A stretch of 64,000 bases of DNA, taken from the IMG/VR virus record IMGVR_UViG_3300042564_002063. One strand, given 5' to 3'. The DNA comes from an uncultured virus (IMG/VR IMGVR_UViG_3300042564_002063). Lineage: Duplodnaviria; Heunggongvirae; Uroviricota; Caudoviricetes. The notes under the pieces were generated by a model, which ran no database searches, was not told where the DNA came from, and saw only the letters and a list, made by a program, of their open reading frames with translations. The translations under genes were made by a program, and so were the position numbers. Positions 27,901 to 38,514 of the stretch are shown piece by piece; position 1 is the stretch's first letter; each line of letters starts with the position of its first letter.

Positions 27901-28675
27901 GTGGCTCCAGGGACTTAATCTTAATTAGTCCCTCGCCAGCTGAGTCACAAGTTGCCCGAATTGGACATGTCTTGCAAATCTTTGAATTAGATCTGTAGTT
28001 CTTTGTAGGCAAAGTCTTATCTGTCCAAGCCTTACGAACCGTTCTCATCCATTCAAATGTCTGGTTTACCCACCTAACATAGTAATCATTAATCTGTACT
28101 GGTATAACCAGAAGATCGTGATTGTTCTTGTTCTCATAAATCAAGACTGCTTCTGTCTTGTTTAAGATCTTCATGTAAATCAGCAGCTGAACTAGGTGGC
28201 CAAGCTTTGCTTTTCCGCTTGCCCTCCTATATTCAAAGCCTTCGGATGGCATCGTTTTGATTTCACCCAAGAGCTCTTTTCCTGCCCAGTCTAGTATAAC
28301 ATCTCCAAAGCCAAAGATTGGCGGATCGCTGTATGTTACCTTGAACTCAGAGTCAATTAGAATGCCCTCGTCTGCCATGGCTTGCTGAATACGCTCATGA
28401 GACTTTGTGCCAGCAGTCATGTTTGCACCGCCATAGGCATCTGCATTATCCTCAAACACTGCACCCTCAAATGCTAGATACCAGTATCGTGGACACTCGC
28501 CATGAGAATATGCAATCGTGCTTGGTGCAAAAGTTTTCTTCTGAGCAAACTTAGGCTCACGCTTAGCGATATATCCGTGCTGGATCCTATCGATGAGGTC
28601 CTGAGTATTTATAAAAGACTCTTTGCTGCTTTCGATTTTCTTTAGCATTACCTGCTGTAAAAAGTTTTTAGCCAT
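27878..28675 (-). CDS. Cas4-like/RecB-family PD-(D/E)XK exonuclease
   Basis: CPRYW, GT..H, GDVIL, GEIKT, QLLIY, C-terminal CKTC..C. Confidence 0.85.
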   Translation of the reverse strand: MAKNFLQQVMLKKIESSKESFINTQDLIDRIQHGYIAKREPKFAQKKTFAPSTIAYSHGECPRYWYLAFEGAVFEDNADAYGGANMTAGTKSHERIQQAMADEGILIDSEFKVTYSDPPIFGFGDVILDWAGKELLGEIKTMPSEGFEYRRASGKAKLGHLVQLLIYMKILNKTEAVLIYENKNNHDLLVIPVQINDYYVRWVNQTFEWMRTVRKAWTDKTLPTKNYRSNSKICKTCPIRATCDSAGEGLIKIKSLEPLDEAQAL

Positions 28676-28682
28676 AATGACA

Positions 28683-28997
28683 CTAGCGAATAATGTATTT
28701 AAGAACAGCAACCAAACCATTAATGGCTTCTGCAGCTGTGTAATAAATATTCTTCTTCGCTCTATCTCCCTTGTCTACGTTAGTCAACCAGGTTGCACGG
28801 AATGCCATCTTAGCAGCAATGGCTTGCAACCTAACGACCTCAAGAGTTGCTACTTGCAGTGGAATATCTGGCTTAACAATTACCTTTGAAATAAAGACAA
28901 GTGCTTGGGTCAATTCTTCGTCCTGCATGTAGTCTGCAATCTCTGCAAGACCGTTGATCATATCGATTGTATTTTTGTTTTCTGTTTCCATTACCAT
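28683..28997 (-). CDS. hypothetical helical protein
   Basis: 104-aa ORF. Confidence 0.75.
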   Translation of the reverse strand: MVMETENKNTIDMINGLAEIADYMQDEELTQALVFISKVIVKPDIPLQVATLEVVRLQAIAAKMAFRATWLTNVDKGDRAKKNIYYTAAEAINGLVAVLKYIIR

Positions 28998-29000
28998 TAA

Positions 29001-29618
29001 TTATACCACGGACTCAGGTTCTGGGCTAGATGATATAGCCTGCTTTTCTTTAGATGTAGCTCTGCCCCCAGCAACAAACCAAGGTAGCAGCTTGTCGTAT
29101 AGATCCACAAGAAGGTTTACATCTTGAATCTGATACTTTTTCATCTCTGCCCACGCCTTCTCGTCACCTTCCATACACCTAACCCAAAGACTAAATCCAG
29201 AGTGTTTTACCTTTGCACCCACTCCAAGCTTTTGTGCCACATAGTCTAGCTTGTTAGATGGGAATAGGAAGTTGGCCTTGGTAATGCTCATAAGGTCCAG
29301 GTCCTTTACTGGTGCAGGCGGTGTCATTCCATTCTCAAGGAACTCACGGTTGATATGCTTGTGGTCAAACGCTGCTGAGTTCCAGCCAACCAATAGGTCA
29401 GCCTCATTCATTAGCTTGTGCAGCTCTTCAAGCATTGCCTGCTTGCCATCGTGGTGCACAGATTTGAAGATAACCTTCTTCTCGCCTAACCAACGAGCAC
29501 CAAAGCAAAGCATCTCACTGCTCTTAATGATCTGATCAATGCTAATGTTCTGGTCCCACAGACCCCATGCATAAACTTGCATAGGAGTTGTTTCAATGTC
29601 TAGTAGTAATATTTTCAT
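29001..29618 (-). CDS. RNase H-like (DEDD) exonuclease
   Basis: LLDIET, GWNSAAFD, KLDYVA, YQIQDV. Confidence 0.85.
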   Translation of the reverse strand: MKILLLDIETTPMQVYAWGLWDQNISIDQIIKSSEMLCFGARWLGEKKVIFKSVHHDGKQAMLEELHKLMNEADLLVGWNSAAFDHKHINREFLENGMTPPAPVKDLDLMSITKANFLFPSNKLDYVAQKLGVGAKVKHSGFSLWVRCMEGDEKAWAEMKKYQIQDVNLLVDLYDKLLPWFVAGGRATSKEKQAISSSPEPESVV

Positions 29619-29905
29619 TCTTTGCTTCCTTCTATTAATTGTTCTAGCAAGCTCAGTTCGATGATTGCTAGTCTTGTTTTACGATTTTCTTCTCCCAATA
29701 CCACCACAATGGCTGGGTCGTTCTTATTCTTCATGGCATCAGTTACTGCCTTAGCCCAGTTGTCCTGGTTTACAGTAAAGCCCTTTGGATACTCTTTGAA
29801 GTCAACGGTGAAGCTTTCAAAGATTGCATCTCCCTTGGTATTTCCACGACCACTATTCTTTATGCCCTTGGCACCAAGACGTTTGATCTCGCCACGTTCA
29901 CTCAT
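29615..29905 (-). CDS. small PD-(D/E)XK resolvase-like nuclease
   Basis: NSGRG..KGDA...VDFKE. Confidence 0.7.
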   Translation of the reverse strand: MSERGEIKRLGAKGIKNSGRGNTKGDAIFESFTVDFKEYPKGFTVNQDNWAKAVTDAMKNKNDPAIVVVLGEENRKTRLAIIELSLLEQLIEGSKE

Positions 29906-30071
29906 AATCTTTCTTTGTTTTCTTTTTAGCTATAAGGCTAACTTTGCTCAAGTGTTTTTCTGGACAAACCCATGTTACCTCTTTGGTTTCAGAGTATAGC
30001 CTTAAGCTAGGAACTACGGCCTTGCAGGTATGACATGGGAACTGCCCACTATAAACTGTGTACTTAGACAT
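29898..30071 (-). CDS. small zinc-binding protein
   Basis: CHTC...CPEKH. Confidence 0.65.
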   Translation of the reverse strand: MSKYTVYSGQFPCHTCKAVVPSLRLYSETKEVTWVCPEKHLSKVSLIAKKKTKKDYE

Positions 30072-31074
30072 TATTAACCTTTGCAACTAGTGATTCGTAT
30101 AGGTCTTTGTCTTCTTTTACCTTGTTGATAAATGCATCTCTTCCCTGAAGCTTTGTACCGTCTTCAAGTTGATACCAGGCACCAGTTCTATTTACAAAAC
30201 CAAGCATCTCTGCAGTATCTACTAGATCTGCAATAGAGTCAATTCCAATTAGGTCACCCCTATAGTAAAAGTCATACTCAGCACTGTCTCCAGGTGCAGA
30301 CGTTTTAGAGTTAAGCACTTCCCAACGCACCTTACGACCAACCTTCTGCTCAATTAGTTTATCTCCAACAGGAATCTTAGCTTTAATGGCCTGAGAGTCT
30401 GAGCTTGATGAGAATAACTTAACAATTGTAGACGACATGAACTGCGTTGTCAACCCACCAGTTGGTGCTGCTTGGGTATATGTAGCCTGAATGTTATTAC
30501 GTGCCTGAGAGATAGCAACTACTAGTGCAGGCTTTTCACGATTGTTTGCATAGTTAAGCATTAGCCATGCATGCTTTAGATCCTTAGACTCTGCACCAAT
30601 CTGCTTAGTCTGGTCTAGTGCCTTTAGTTCATCAGAGTCTTTCTCGAAGTATACTGCTGGCAATAGCGAGCTAATGCTGTCAATAACAATGATGTCTACG
30701 CCAGCCTGAAGTAGGGCAACGCCAACATCTACCATGTCATTGATGCTTCTTGCCTCTGAGTAGATGAGCTGACTAGTATCGACACCAAGCTTCTTTGCCC
30801 ACTCTTCGTCATAAGACATCTCAGCATCTACCCAGGCACAAAGCTTACCTTCCTTCTGTGCCATACCAATCATTTGCAGACATAGCGATGACTTAGCACT
30901 AGACTTACTACCCCAAAGTAGTACCTGACGACCATATGGAAAACCACCGCCTAGTGCCCTATTAAGACCAGCACTTGGTGTTGGCTGTAGCTCAGTTGTG
31001 ATACCCTCTCCATTGCTCAGCCTCTTCCTAATCTTAGGGTCAAGCTGTGCCATTGCTTCTTCAATTGTTGTCAA
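30064..31074 (-). CDS. recA: RecA/UvsX-like recombinase
   Basis: LNRALGGGFPYGR, WVDAE, IVIDSI, GAWY. Confidence 0.88.
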   Translation of the reverse strand: MTTIEEAMAQLDPKIRKRLSNGEGITTELQPTPSAGLNRALGGGFPYGRQVLLWGSKSSAKSSLCLQMIGMAQKEGKLCAWVDAEMSYDEEWAKKLGVDTSQLIYSEARSINDMVDVGVALLQAGVDIIVIDSISSLLPAVYFEKDSDELKALDQTKQIGAESKDLKHAWLMLNYANNREKPALVVAISQARNNIQATYTQAAPTGGLTTQFMSSTIVKLFSSSSDSQAIKAKIPVGDKLIEQKVGRKVRWEVLNSKTSAPGDSAEYDFYYRGDLIGIDSIADLVDTAEMLGFVNRTGAWYQLEDGTKLQGRDAFINKVKEDKDLYESLVAKVNNV

Positions 31075-34000
31075 TTACATCCTCCATTATGATTGTTCCA
31101 TCTTTTGTTTTACCAAATTCAAATTTGTATGGCTGTCCTTCTTTGATTTTCATGTAAGCTTTAGGAAAAGCCGTAGGGAATACCGTAACAGAGTGAAGCT
31201 CCCTAGTTGCATCTGCCAAAGTTAGCGATGCCATCTTTTTGCCAGCCTTGGTAATGCGTGGCTTGAATGCCACCACATACATCTCTTCTTCTTTATAGGG
31301 CAACTGCTTATAGTTTAAGAACTTTACCAGTGCGGAGTCATTCCCCTTTATCTCATCAGCTGGGATAGCAGAAATAATCCTGTTATCACTAGCCAATAGA
31401 AGGTACGTACGGCCTGGCTCAATTGCAGTTTGCTCTTCATCAAAGATACCCACGCTTCCCGTCTTGTCTAGAATCTCAATACGTGACCAACCAGAGCCAC
31501 GCTTAATTGCCTTAACCATACCCATAAGGATGAAGGACCCCTTCTCCTCAAACTCTTCTACATCATTGATAAATGCGTAGTAGTGAGAAGGAATGTTAAT
31601 ATTAAACTCTGGAAGGTTTAGGTATTCGTAAAGATTCTCCCTGACCTCTTGATCATTCCTAGGATTATCATCAAAGGTTGCAGCACCGATTAGCCTTAGA
31701 GCCTGTAGTGCACGACTGTTTACTCCATTACCCTTGCCAAAAGAGAACTCCTCTAGCTCCTTGTAAGAGCGGAATGGTCTATGTGCAATATACTTCTGTG
31801 CAATATTATCACTAATAAACTTAATAGACGACAGACCAAACCTAATTCCCTTACCTTCAATCTTAAAGTCCATGTCGGACTCATTGATGTGTGGAAGACG
31901 AATGGGAATGTTCATACGCTTGGCCTCGATCAAGTACTCTGTGCGAGCATCCTTATCCTTTTCATTCTTAAGAATGGAGTACATAAACTCAATTGGGTAA
32001 TACTTCTTTAGCCATGCGGTCCAGTATGAAAGGGTGCTGTAAGCCACAGCATGAGACTTGTTAAAAGAGTATCCAGCATGTGCCTCAAAGTCCGTCCAGA
32101 GCTCTTCTGCGACCTCTGGGCGTACATATTCTGATGCTCCCTTTACGAACCTATCCCTAAACTGGTCGAACTCCTTGGCATCTTTCTTCTTACCAATGAT
32201 CTTACGAACCTTGTCAGCCTCAGCCATTGACATACCGCCAAGTTCTGTACAAGCCTGCATAACTTGTTCCTGATACAAGATACAGCCATAGGTCTCAGCA
32301 GTGAACTGCTTCATCTTGACGTGGTGATACGCAATGTTCTGCTTACCGTGCTTACGAAGAATGTAGTCTTTACCAATGGTATTCATAGCACCTGGACGAA
32401 CCAAAGCGTTAGAGGCTGCAAGCTCTGCAAAGTTCTTGACACCCATCTTGACCAGCAAATTAGTATACGGTGTAGCTTCACATTGGAATACGCCCTTGGT
32501 ATAACCAGAAGAAAGCATATCATAAACGCTTGAATCTTCCATGTCTAGCTCAAGCAGATTGATCTCTCTGCCAGACCTATCCTTAATAATATCAAGAGTG
32601 TCACGTAATACTGATAATGTCTTTAGCCCTAGTGCGTCAATCTTAATTAGACCAATACGCTCTGCCTCTTGCATGTCTACAGCTACCACTGGGATTCTTC
32701 CACCACTACCTGGAGACTGACGAGTTTCCATTGGGGCAAACTTAAAGATTGGAGACTTGGAGGTTACAACACCAGCAGCATGAATACCAGTGCCACGAAT
32801 ACGACCACGGAGCTGATCTCCATACTGCTCAATCTCTGGATACTTCTCACGGAACCATGCAGCCTGCTTAGAGGTGCAGTAGTCATCCCAGGTATCAACA
32901 ACCTTCATAACTTTATTAACGTCTGTTAGTGGAATGTGTAGCACACGTGCAATGTCTCGCACAACACCCTTGTCTTTGAACTCAAGGAAGGTAGCAATAG
33001 ATGCAACATGTCGATACTGTCTGACAAGATAGTCTTTAACCTCTTCACGACGTGAATCCTGGATGTCTGTATCAATATCTGGAAAGTCGTTACGCTCTGG
33101 ATTAATAAAACGGAAGAACAATAAGCCATGTGGGATTGGGTCAATGTCTGTAATCTCTAGGGCATAGCATAGCAAGGACCCTGCAGCAGAACCACGACCT
33201 GGTCCTACCATAATGCCTTCCTTCTTTGCCCATGAAATCATATTACGAACAACCAAAAAGTATGGTCCAAAGTTCTTGTCCTCAATAACCTTAAGCTCTT
33301 CATCTAGCCTAGCAAGATACTCGTCAGATAGAACTCCACGCTTCTCTAGACCTGCTACAGCAAGCTCTCTAAGCTCTTTGTTCGGGTTCTGATACTGTAC
33401 TGGGAGTAGGTCAAGGTAATCCTTGATGTCGTAGTCCTGAATCTTGTTAGCAATTTCCTGTGTGTGCTTATACATATCCTCACGATCAATACCCTGCGAC
33501 TTCATCGCATTGTGCATCTCTTCATCTGATAGGAGGTGGATGTCGTATTCGCTAAAGCTAATGTCACGGTCTCCATAAAGATACTGAAGTCTATCTACAA
33601 GATTGTCGAACTTGGTTGACTTCTCATAGGTTGAATCCTTTTGGACCTTGTTTGAGTATGTGTTTAGTACTAGCTTAAGTTCCTGGATCTCTTTCTGTCC
33701 AGTGTGTGCGTGGTGGCAGTCTGGAGTTACAACAGCCTTTACTCCAAACTCATCTGCCAAGGCAAGCAACTGCTTGTTAACCTCTGCAGGGTTATGTGGC
33801 ATAACCTCAATGTAGTAATCATCTTTGAATACACGCTTGTGCCACTCAATAATTCTCTTTGCTTCCGCAAACTCCTCAGCCTCAATGGCTTTGGCTAGGG
33901 CACCAGAGAGGCACCCAGAAAGAACAATAAGTCCCTCTGAGTACTTCTCTAGTACCTCGTAGTCGATACGTGGCTTCTTGTAATAACCTTCAGTCCACGC

Positions 34001-34336
34001 AATCTCGTTGAGCTTGTTTAGATTCTCAAGCCCAGCTTCATCCTTGGCAAGAACGATAATGTGATTGTAGACAAGATCAAGCAGACCCTCACGCTCTTGC
34101 TTGTCTCTCTGATCGAACCTGTCTGCAGTAATGTATCCTTCTACACCAAGGATTGGTCTAATGCCCTGCTCCTTTGCAGCACGATAGAACTCCCTGTGCC
34201 CAGACAACGAACCGTGGTCTGTGATAGCAAGAGAGGTCATGCCTAGCTCCTTAGCACGTTCAACGTACTCTAGAGGCGTAGCAATTCCATCAAATAGGCT
34301 GTAATGGGTGTGAACATGTAGACCAATGTAGCTCAT
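31061..34336 (-). CDS. dnaE: DNA polymerase III alpha subunit
   Basis: PHP HVHTHYSLFDG, GRGSAAGS, PDIDTD, HAAG, YSFNKSHA, C-terminal OB folds. Confidence 0.97.
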   Translation of the reverse strand: MSYIGLHVHTHYSLFDGIATPLEYVERAKELGMTSLAITDHGSLSGHREFYRAAKEQGIRPILGVEGYITADRFDQRDKQEREGLLDLVYNHIIVLAKDEAGLENLNKLNEIAWTEGYYKKPRIDYEVLEKYSEGLIVLSGCLSGALAKAIEAEEFAEAKRIIEWHKRVFKDDYYIEVMPHNPAEVNKQLLALADEFGVKAVVTPDCHHAHTGQKEIQELKLVLNTYSNKVQKDSTYEKSTKFDNLVDRLQYLYGDRDISFSEYDIHLLSDEEMHNAMKSQGIDREDMYKHTQEIANKIQDYDIKDYLDLLPVQYQNPNKELRELAVAGLEKRGVLSDEYLARLDEELKVIEDKNFGPYFLVVRNMISWAKKEGIMVGPGRGSAAGSLLCYALEITDIDPIPHGLLFFRFINPERNDFPDIDTDIQDSRREEVKDYLVRQYRHVASIATFLEFKDKGVVRDIARVLHIPLTDVNKVMKVVDTWDDYCTSKQAAWFREKYPEIEQYGDQLRGRIRGTGIHAAGVVTSKSPIFKFAPMETRQSPGSGGRIPVVAVDMQEAERIGLIKIDALGLKTLSVLRDTLDIIKDRSGREINLLELDMEDSSVYDMLSSGYTKGVFQCEATPYTNLLVKMGVKNFAELAASNALVRPGAMNTIGKDYILRKHGKQNIAYHHVKMKQFTAETYGCILYQEQVMQACTELGGMSMAEADKVRKIIGKKKDAKEFDQFRDRFVKGASEYVRPEVAEELWTDFEAHAGYSFNKSHAVAYSTLSYWTAWLKKYYPIEFMYSILKNEKDKDARTEYLIEAKRMNIPIRLPHINESDMDFKIEGKGIRFGLSSIKFISDNIAQKYIAHRPFRSYKELEEFSFGKGNGVNSRALQALRLIGAATFDDNPRNDQEVRENLYEYLNLPEFNINIPSHYYAFINDVEEFEEKGSFILMGMVKAIKRGSGWSRIEILDKTGSVGIFDEEQTAIEPGRTYLLLASDNRIISAIPADEIKGNDSALVKFLNYKQLPYKEEEMYVVAFKPRITKAGKKMASLTLADATRELHSVTVFPTAFPKAYMKIKEGQPYKFEFGKTKDGTIIMEDVIDNN

Positions 34337-34345
34337 AGACTATTC

Positions 34346-35002
34346 TTACCAATCCATGTTGGTAGCTGATCCAGCACTTGGTCCATCAAAACCAAGGTAG
34401 AAAGCTTCCTGCTCTGCATACGGAATCTTGTTCAGTGCAGACTCTAGTGGAAATGGTCGAACATCCTTCCAGTCGAAAGGCTCGCTGTCTGGAGTAGAAG
34501 GTAGAAGAGTGTAGCTGGTCTCAGTTCCCTGACCGTTACGCTTTACCTTCCAGGTTAGGTTTGAGATGCTACCAGTGTCAATAGCATACTCACGAATGTT
34601 GTTGAATGCTGACTGCTTGGATACTCCCATAGACCAGATTGCAACATATGGGTCCTCTAGACCATCGTCAACTAGTACGTTGCAGTAAAAACGCATACGT
34701 GCTCGCCAACCAGCCTTTGGATCCTTGCGGTGCATCTCTTCTGCCCAGTCACGACCCTCGTCGTCCATGGTGTCTACAGCCTTACGCTTGTAGTCCTTTG
34801 GGTTAGTGTGCTCCTTAACAACCAGGGCAAGGCCTCGCTCCTCAGAGTAGTTTGGGCTATCCTCATCCAACTCTTCAATAAAACGAATCTTTACTGCCTG
34901 GCCATCAGCCAGCTTTAGCCAACGAACCTTGGCCTTGCTCTCATCATACTTTGGCTTATCAAGTAGTGCATTGATATTCTTTAGCCCTTTTACTACGCTC
35001 AT
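34346..35002 (-). CDS. single-stranded DNA-binding protein (gp32-like)
   Basis: Between primase and polymerase; KRNGQGTETSY; acidic/aromatic C-terminus. Confidence 0.7.
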   Translation of the reverse strand: MSVVKGLKNINALLDKPKYDESKAKVRWLKLADGQAVKIRFIEELDEDSPNYSEERGLALVVKEHTNPKDYKRKAVDTMDDEGRDWAEEMHRKDPKAGWRARMRFYCNVLVDDGLEDPYVAIWSMGVSKQSAFNNIREYAIDTGSISNLTWKVKRNGQGTETSYTLLPSTPDSEPFDWKDVRPFPLESALNKIPYAEQEAFYLGFDGPSAGSATNMDW

Positions 35003-35025
35003 TTTTCTCCTTGTATTTTGGTGTT

Positions 35026-35970
35026 TTAGTTTAGCATGGCAGCAATAGATTTGTCAAACGATTCGTCTAAAGACTTTATCGCATCATCATCCATATCGCC
35101 AATATCTTTATATTGTTTATCTAGTTTGATAACAGTAACACGAGGTCCAAGCCTTTCAGCTATTCTGTCTTTCATGTTACCGCCTGCTTCATCATTGTCT
35201 GCAATAACAATTACGCTATTGAAGTATTTTTGTAGTAGGTCTGTTTGGTAGTTGGATACGTTTGCTCCTAGAGTTGCTACCGCTGCGAATCCGCATTGGT
35301 CTAGTCTTATGGCATCAAACGATGACTCAACTACATAAACTTTATTTGATGACTTAACCCTATGAAGGTTAAATAGGACTTTGCTCTTGGGCATGCCTGG
35401 AGTATTCTTAAAATCTTTGCCTTCAACAGATCTGCCGACAAAGCCAATTTCCATGCCGTCTGGAGAGTGTACAGGTATAGTCACCATGTCTTGCTTCTCA
35501 GAATAGCCCAGAGCGAACTTCTTAATCGAATCTTCTGTAATGGATCTGCCAGAGTAATACCTCATGGCTCTTGGTGAATCCAGTGCTTGCTGATTTAGTC
35601 TCTTGATCAGAACCTGGTCGTACTGAGTATACATAGGCTTTTCAACTAGATTCTTGGATACCGCATCTAGGATAGAGGACTCTTGCTCTTTGCTCTTAAT
35701 AAACCTAGCAGACTCAAAGTATGTTCTGCCAGAGGTGTGCATAACTAGCTGGATAAGATCTGTGACGTGCTGACATGAGAAGCAGAAGAACACACCACTG
35801 TGTTTGTCTACCTCACCAGCAGGAGTTCTGCTGTTGCCGTGAAATGGGCAAAATATAATATAGTCAGAATCTACTTCTGACTCAATGTCTAGGCCTGCTC
35901 CCGTGAGAACTCTTTTAATTTGTTCTGGGCTATATAAATTGCCTTTGTTTCGTCTATTCCCGTTATCCAT
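35026..35970 (-). CDS. DNA primase (Zn finger + TOPRIM)
   Basis: CPFH...CFSC; VVESSFDA; DNDEAG. Confidence 0.93.
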   Translation of the reverse strand: MDNGNRRNKGNLYSPEQIKRVLTGAGLDIESEVDSDYIIFCPFHGNSRTPAGEVDKHSGVFFCFSCQHVTDLIQLVMHTSGRTYFESARFIKSKEQESSILDAVSKNLVEKPMYTQYDQVLIKRLNQQALDSPRAMRYYSGRSITEDSIKKFALGYSEKQDMVTIPVHSPDGMEIGFVGRSVEGKDFKNTPGMPKSKVLFNLHRVKSSNKVYVVESSFDAIRLDQCGFAAVATLGANVSNYQTDLLQKYFNSVIVIADNDEAGGNMKDRIAERLGPRVTVIKLDKQYKDIGDMDDDAIKSLDESFDKSIAAMLN

Positions 35971-36215
35971 TCGCTCTTTTTCTTTCCTACGTATACTCCA
36001 TAAATACTTAATTCAAATTCAAAATACTGTTTCTGTTGATTATAGTTTAGCGTAAAGTCTGGATTTATGTCAACCCTTGGCACGTATCCAGACAATTTCA
36101 TTTCAGTTATTAATAGCTGTTGATACTCAAATCTAAGACGTGCTATAGCTGAATCATCATGAATGTTGCCATCCAGATGAAACCTCCTAATAGGTTTGTG
36201 GTGCAAATTGTCCAT
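35889..36215 (-). CDS. hypothetical protein
   Basis: 108-aa ORF; TATAAT 5 nt before the ATG. Confidence 0.75.
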   Translation of the reverse strand: MDNLHHKPIRRFHLDGNIHDDSAIARLRFEYQQLLITEMKLSGYVPRVDINPDFTLNYNQQKQYFEFELSIYGVYVGKKKSEWITGIDETKAIYIAQNKLKEFSREQA

Positions 36216-36227
36216 ACACCATTATAC

Positions 36228-37448
36228 CTACTTATCTTCAAAGTCCTTGTAGCGATACCAGCCTTTATCGAAGTCTACCTGAACCAGGAAGTCTCCCATA
36301 AATCCGTTACGGTTCTTTCTAAAGACACACTCAATAATGTCTGAATTGGTTCCACGACCTAGTGCAAGGACCCAGTCAGCATCGTAAGCAATCTGACGTG
36401 ACCAGGCAGTCTGTCCTAGAGTAGGAACAGTGTCAAGTTTAGTAACGTCGTCTGGCGTTGCCGATGAGATTGCAATGATTGGGACTTCTTCTCCAATTGC
36501 CATTAGCTTTAGCTCACGTGACAAGTTCTTCATTCGTACCGTCTCATTATCTGACTTCTGATTTGGGCTCATTAGCTGTAGGTAGTCTACGATAACAAAG
36601 TCTGGTCTATACTGATCAATCTTACCACGCAAGACAGATGGAGTAATTTCTCCACCAGTGTCATTAGAGATAATGTGAAACTCTGGCTTGCCTTCAAGTG
36701 CCTTAGAGTGCCAACGCTTCAGATCCTCAATCTCAATATCTCCATTAGCAAGCTTTCTGTGTGACCACAGCCCCTCTCCCATAATTGCAAAGACACGGTT
36801 ACGAACCTCAGTCTCACTCATCTCAAGGCTGATAACCATAGGAGACTTGCCCTGCTTCCATGCCTGTACTGCAAAGTATAATGATAGCCAAGACTTACCA
36901 ATACCAGGGTAAGCAAGCATAACTCCAAGCTGTCCTGGCATAATTCCAGATGGCAGATAGTTGTCAAAACCTGGAAGGCCAGTCTTAATTCCAAGCACAC
37001 CAAGCTCTTGCTGCTTCTGTACGTTTTCATAGTATGCAACTGCAGACTGAAGATCTGTAGCATCAATGTCACGGATTACTGAGGTATTTTTCTTTAGCTC
37101 TGATGTTTTGGCAATTAGCGATTCGAGGACCTGTACGCCCCTTCCGTCCTGAACATCTGTTGCTGCAGATACCAGAATTTGCTTGAGGCTGGTCTGAAGA
37201 TACTCTGCCTGTAGCTCTTCTAGGTGGTGCTTGGTTGCACCAACTCCGTCTACTGGCGAGAAGTCTCTAAACTTTTCAACCACCAATGTCTTTGGTGGAA
37301 CTGACCCATTCGTCTCAGTATACTTACGAATGAACTCCCAGATGTCAGTGTGAGTACGCAAGATTGACTCAACGTTTGCCTGCAATAGGACATGTACCTG
37401 CTTGTCCTCAAGGACTGCTGATATCAGTCTATCTTCTGTATTACTCAC
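36228..37448 (-). CDS. DnaB-like replicative helicase
   Basis: AYPGIGKS, SLEMS, IVDYLQLM, KNRNG. Confidence 0.93.
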   Translation of the reverse strand: MSNTEDRLISAVLEDKQVHVLLQANVESILRTHTDIWEFIRKYTETNGSVPPKTLVVEKFRDFSPVDGVGATKHHLEELQAEYLQTSLKQILVSAATDVQDGRGVQVLESLIAKTSELKKNTSVIRDIDATDLQSAVAYYENVQKQQELGVLGIKTGLPGFDNYLPSGIMPGQLGVMLAYPGIGKSWLSLYFAVQAWKQGKSPMVISLEMSETEVRNRVFAIMGEGLWSHRKLANGDIEIEDLKRWHSKALEGKPEFHIISNDTGGEITPSVLRGKIDQYRPDFVIVDYLQLMSPNQKSDNETVRMKNLSRELKLMAIGEEVPIIAISSATPDDVTKLDTVPTLGQTAWSRQIAYDADWVLALGRGTNSDIIECVFRKNRNGFMGDFLVQVDFDKGWYRYKDFEDK

Positions 37449-37749
37449 TTAGCCACTCTTTCGCCCTACGTCGTCTCTCAATACGTTCTTCGCTATCCTG
37501 ATCTATACGAGACTTGGCATCTATCAGGTTGTTAATTTGCCCTGCAAAATTTTTCCAGGTTGGTGCTGAATGCACATCGAAATAATATTCTAACATCTCA
37601 TAGCACTTTTGTAAACCATAAGAGTCTATAATTGCATCGGCTGCCCAGGCTTCCGCCCATCGATTTAAATTTGGCTTTGCATCATACTTGAATTGATAAT
37701 GCTTTTCAAACTTGCTGAGCAAAGCCATTTGGTCTTTGCGATCAGCCAT
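37441..37749 (-). CDS. hypothetical protein (helicase-adjacent)
   Basis: 102-aa ORF. Confidence 0.75.
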   Translation of the reverse strand: MADRKDQMALLSKFEKHYQFKYDAKPNLNRWAEAWAADAIIDSYGLQKCYEMLEYYFDVHSAPTWKNFAGQINNLIDAKSRIDQDSEERIERRRRAKEWLSE

Positions 37750-37959
37750 TTACTTTGCCTCTACCTCAGCAGATGCTTCCTTGACCTTGCTTGATAGCTT
37801 TTCTTCAACAAATGAGTAGACTCTCTCAAAAGCATCATTGATGTTTTCTCCGTCTCGCTTGTTGTCGCTAACGCTTAGATCAATTCTAAGCGACTGAAAA
37901 TTTCCTAGGTTTAGTGTATAGCCCAAACCAACTGTTACCTTTGTCTCTTCGTTATTCAT
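37750..37959 (-). CDS. hypothetical phage protein
   Basis: GYTLNLGNFQSLRID. Confidence 0.8.
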   Translation of the reverse strand: MNNEETKVTVGLGYTLNLGNFQSLRIDLSVSDNKRDGENINDAFERVYSFVEEKLSSKVKEASAEVEAK

Positions 37960-37972
37960 ACCCATCTCTTTC

Positions 37973-38503
37973 TTAGATTGATTCTGCCCAGACTGGGATA
38001 AATCTTCCATCGTCAGTCCTCGTATAAGTCAGTATACCATCGCCCATTCTCCGTGTCAACTCTTGTGATGAAGGAGTTATATCGTTAGTAATCAACTTAT
38101 CTTTTCTTGGCCTACCCATATGGTAGGAAGCAAGTATATCACGAATATCTCTTACTTGTGATTCAGAGTAATAACTTCTTACCTGCCATCCAGTTGCCCC
38201 ACCCTTTTGAGATCCTGTTGGATGTGGAATTATGCCACGCTTCATTAAGTTTGGCAAGTACTTCTTGTGCCTATTTACTAGCTGTGCCGTCTCACCAACA
38301 GTGTAGGCACGTTCCCTGTTTTTCTTAAAGTCTGATATTAGGCAGCTTTCTATTTGATCTTTTGTAATATTGTAAACAGACATAATTCCGTTTGACTTAT
38401 TCAAGTGATGTATCCTGACTAGGCTACCGTTTAAAAACCATACCTTTTTACTTCCAGGAATTACTGGTGCATTGTTATATGCTTCCATGTCTATTAATGC
38501 CAT
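37973..38503 (-). CDS. MerR-like HTH DNA-binding protein
   Basis: AYTVGETAQLVNRH...GIIP...RSYYSE. Confidence 0.7.
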   Translation of the reverse strand: MALIDMEAYNNAPVIPGSKKVWFLNGSLVRIHHLNKSNGIMSVYNITKDQIESCLISDFKKNRERAYTVGETAQLVNRHKKYLPNLMKRGIIPHPTGSQKGGATGWQVRSYYSESQVRDIRDILASYHMGRPRKDKLITNDITPSSQELTRRMGDGILTYTRTDDGRFIPVWAESI

Positions 38504-38514
38504 GGCAAACTTTC

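Noticed and set aside
27878..28675. Cas4-like gene as a sign of a CRISPR system
   Set aside because: No repeat-spacer array or other cas genes seen; it sits in the recombination block, as solo phage Cas4-like exonucleases usually do
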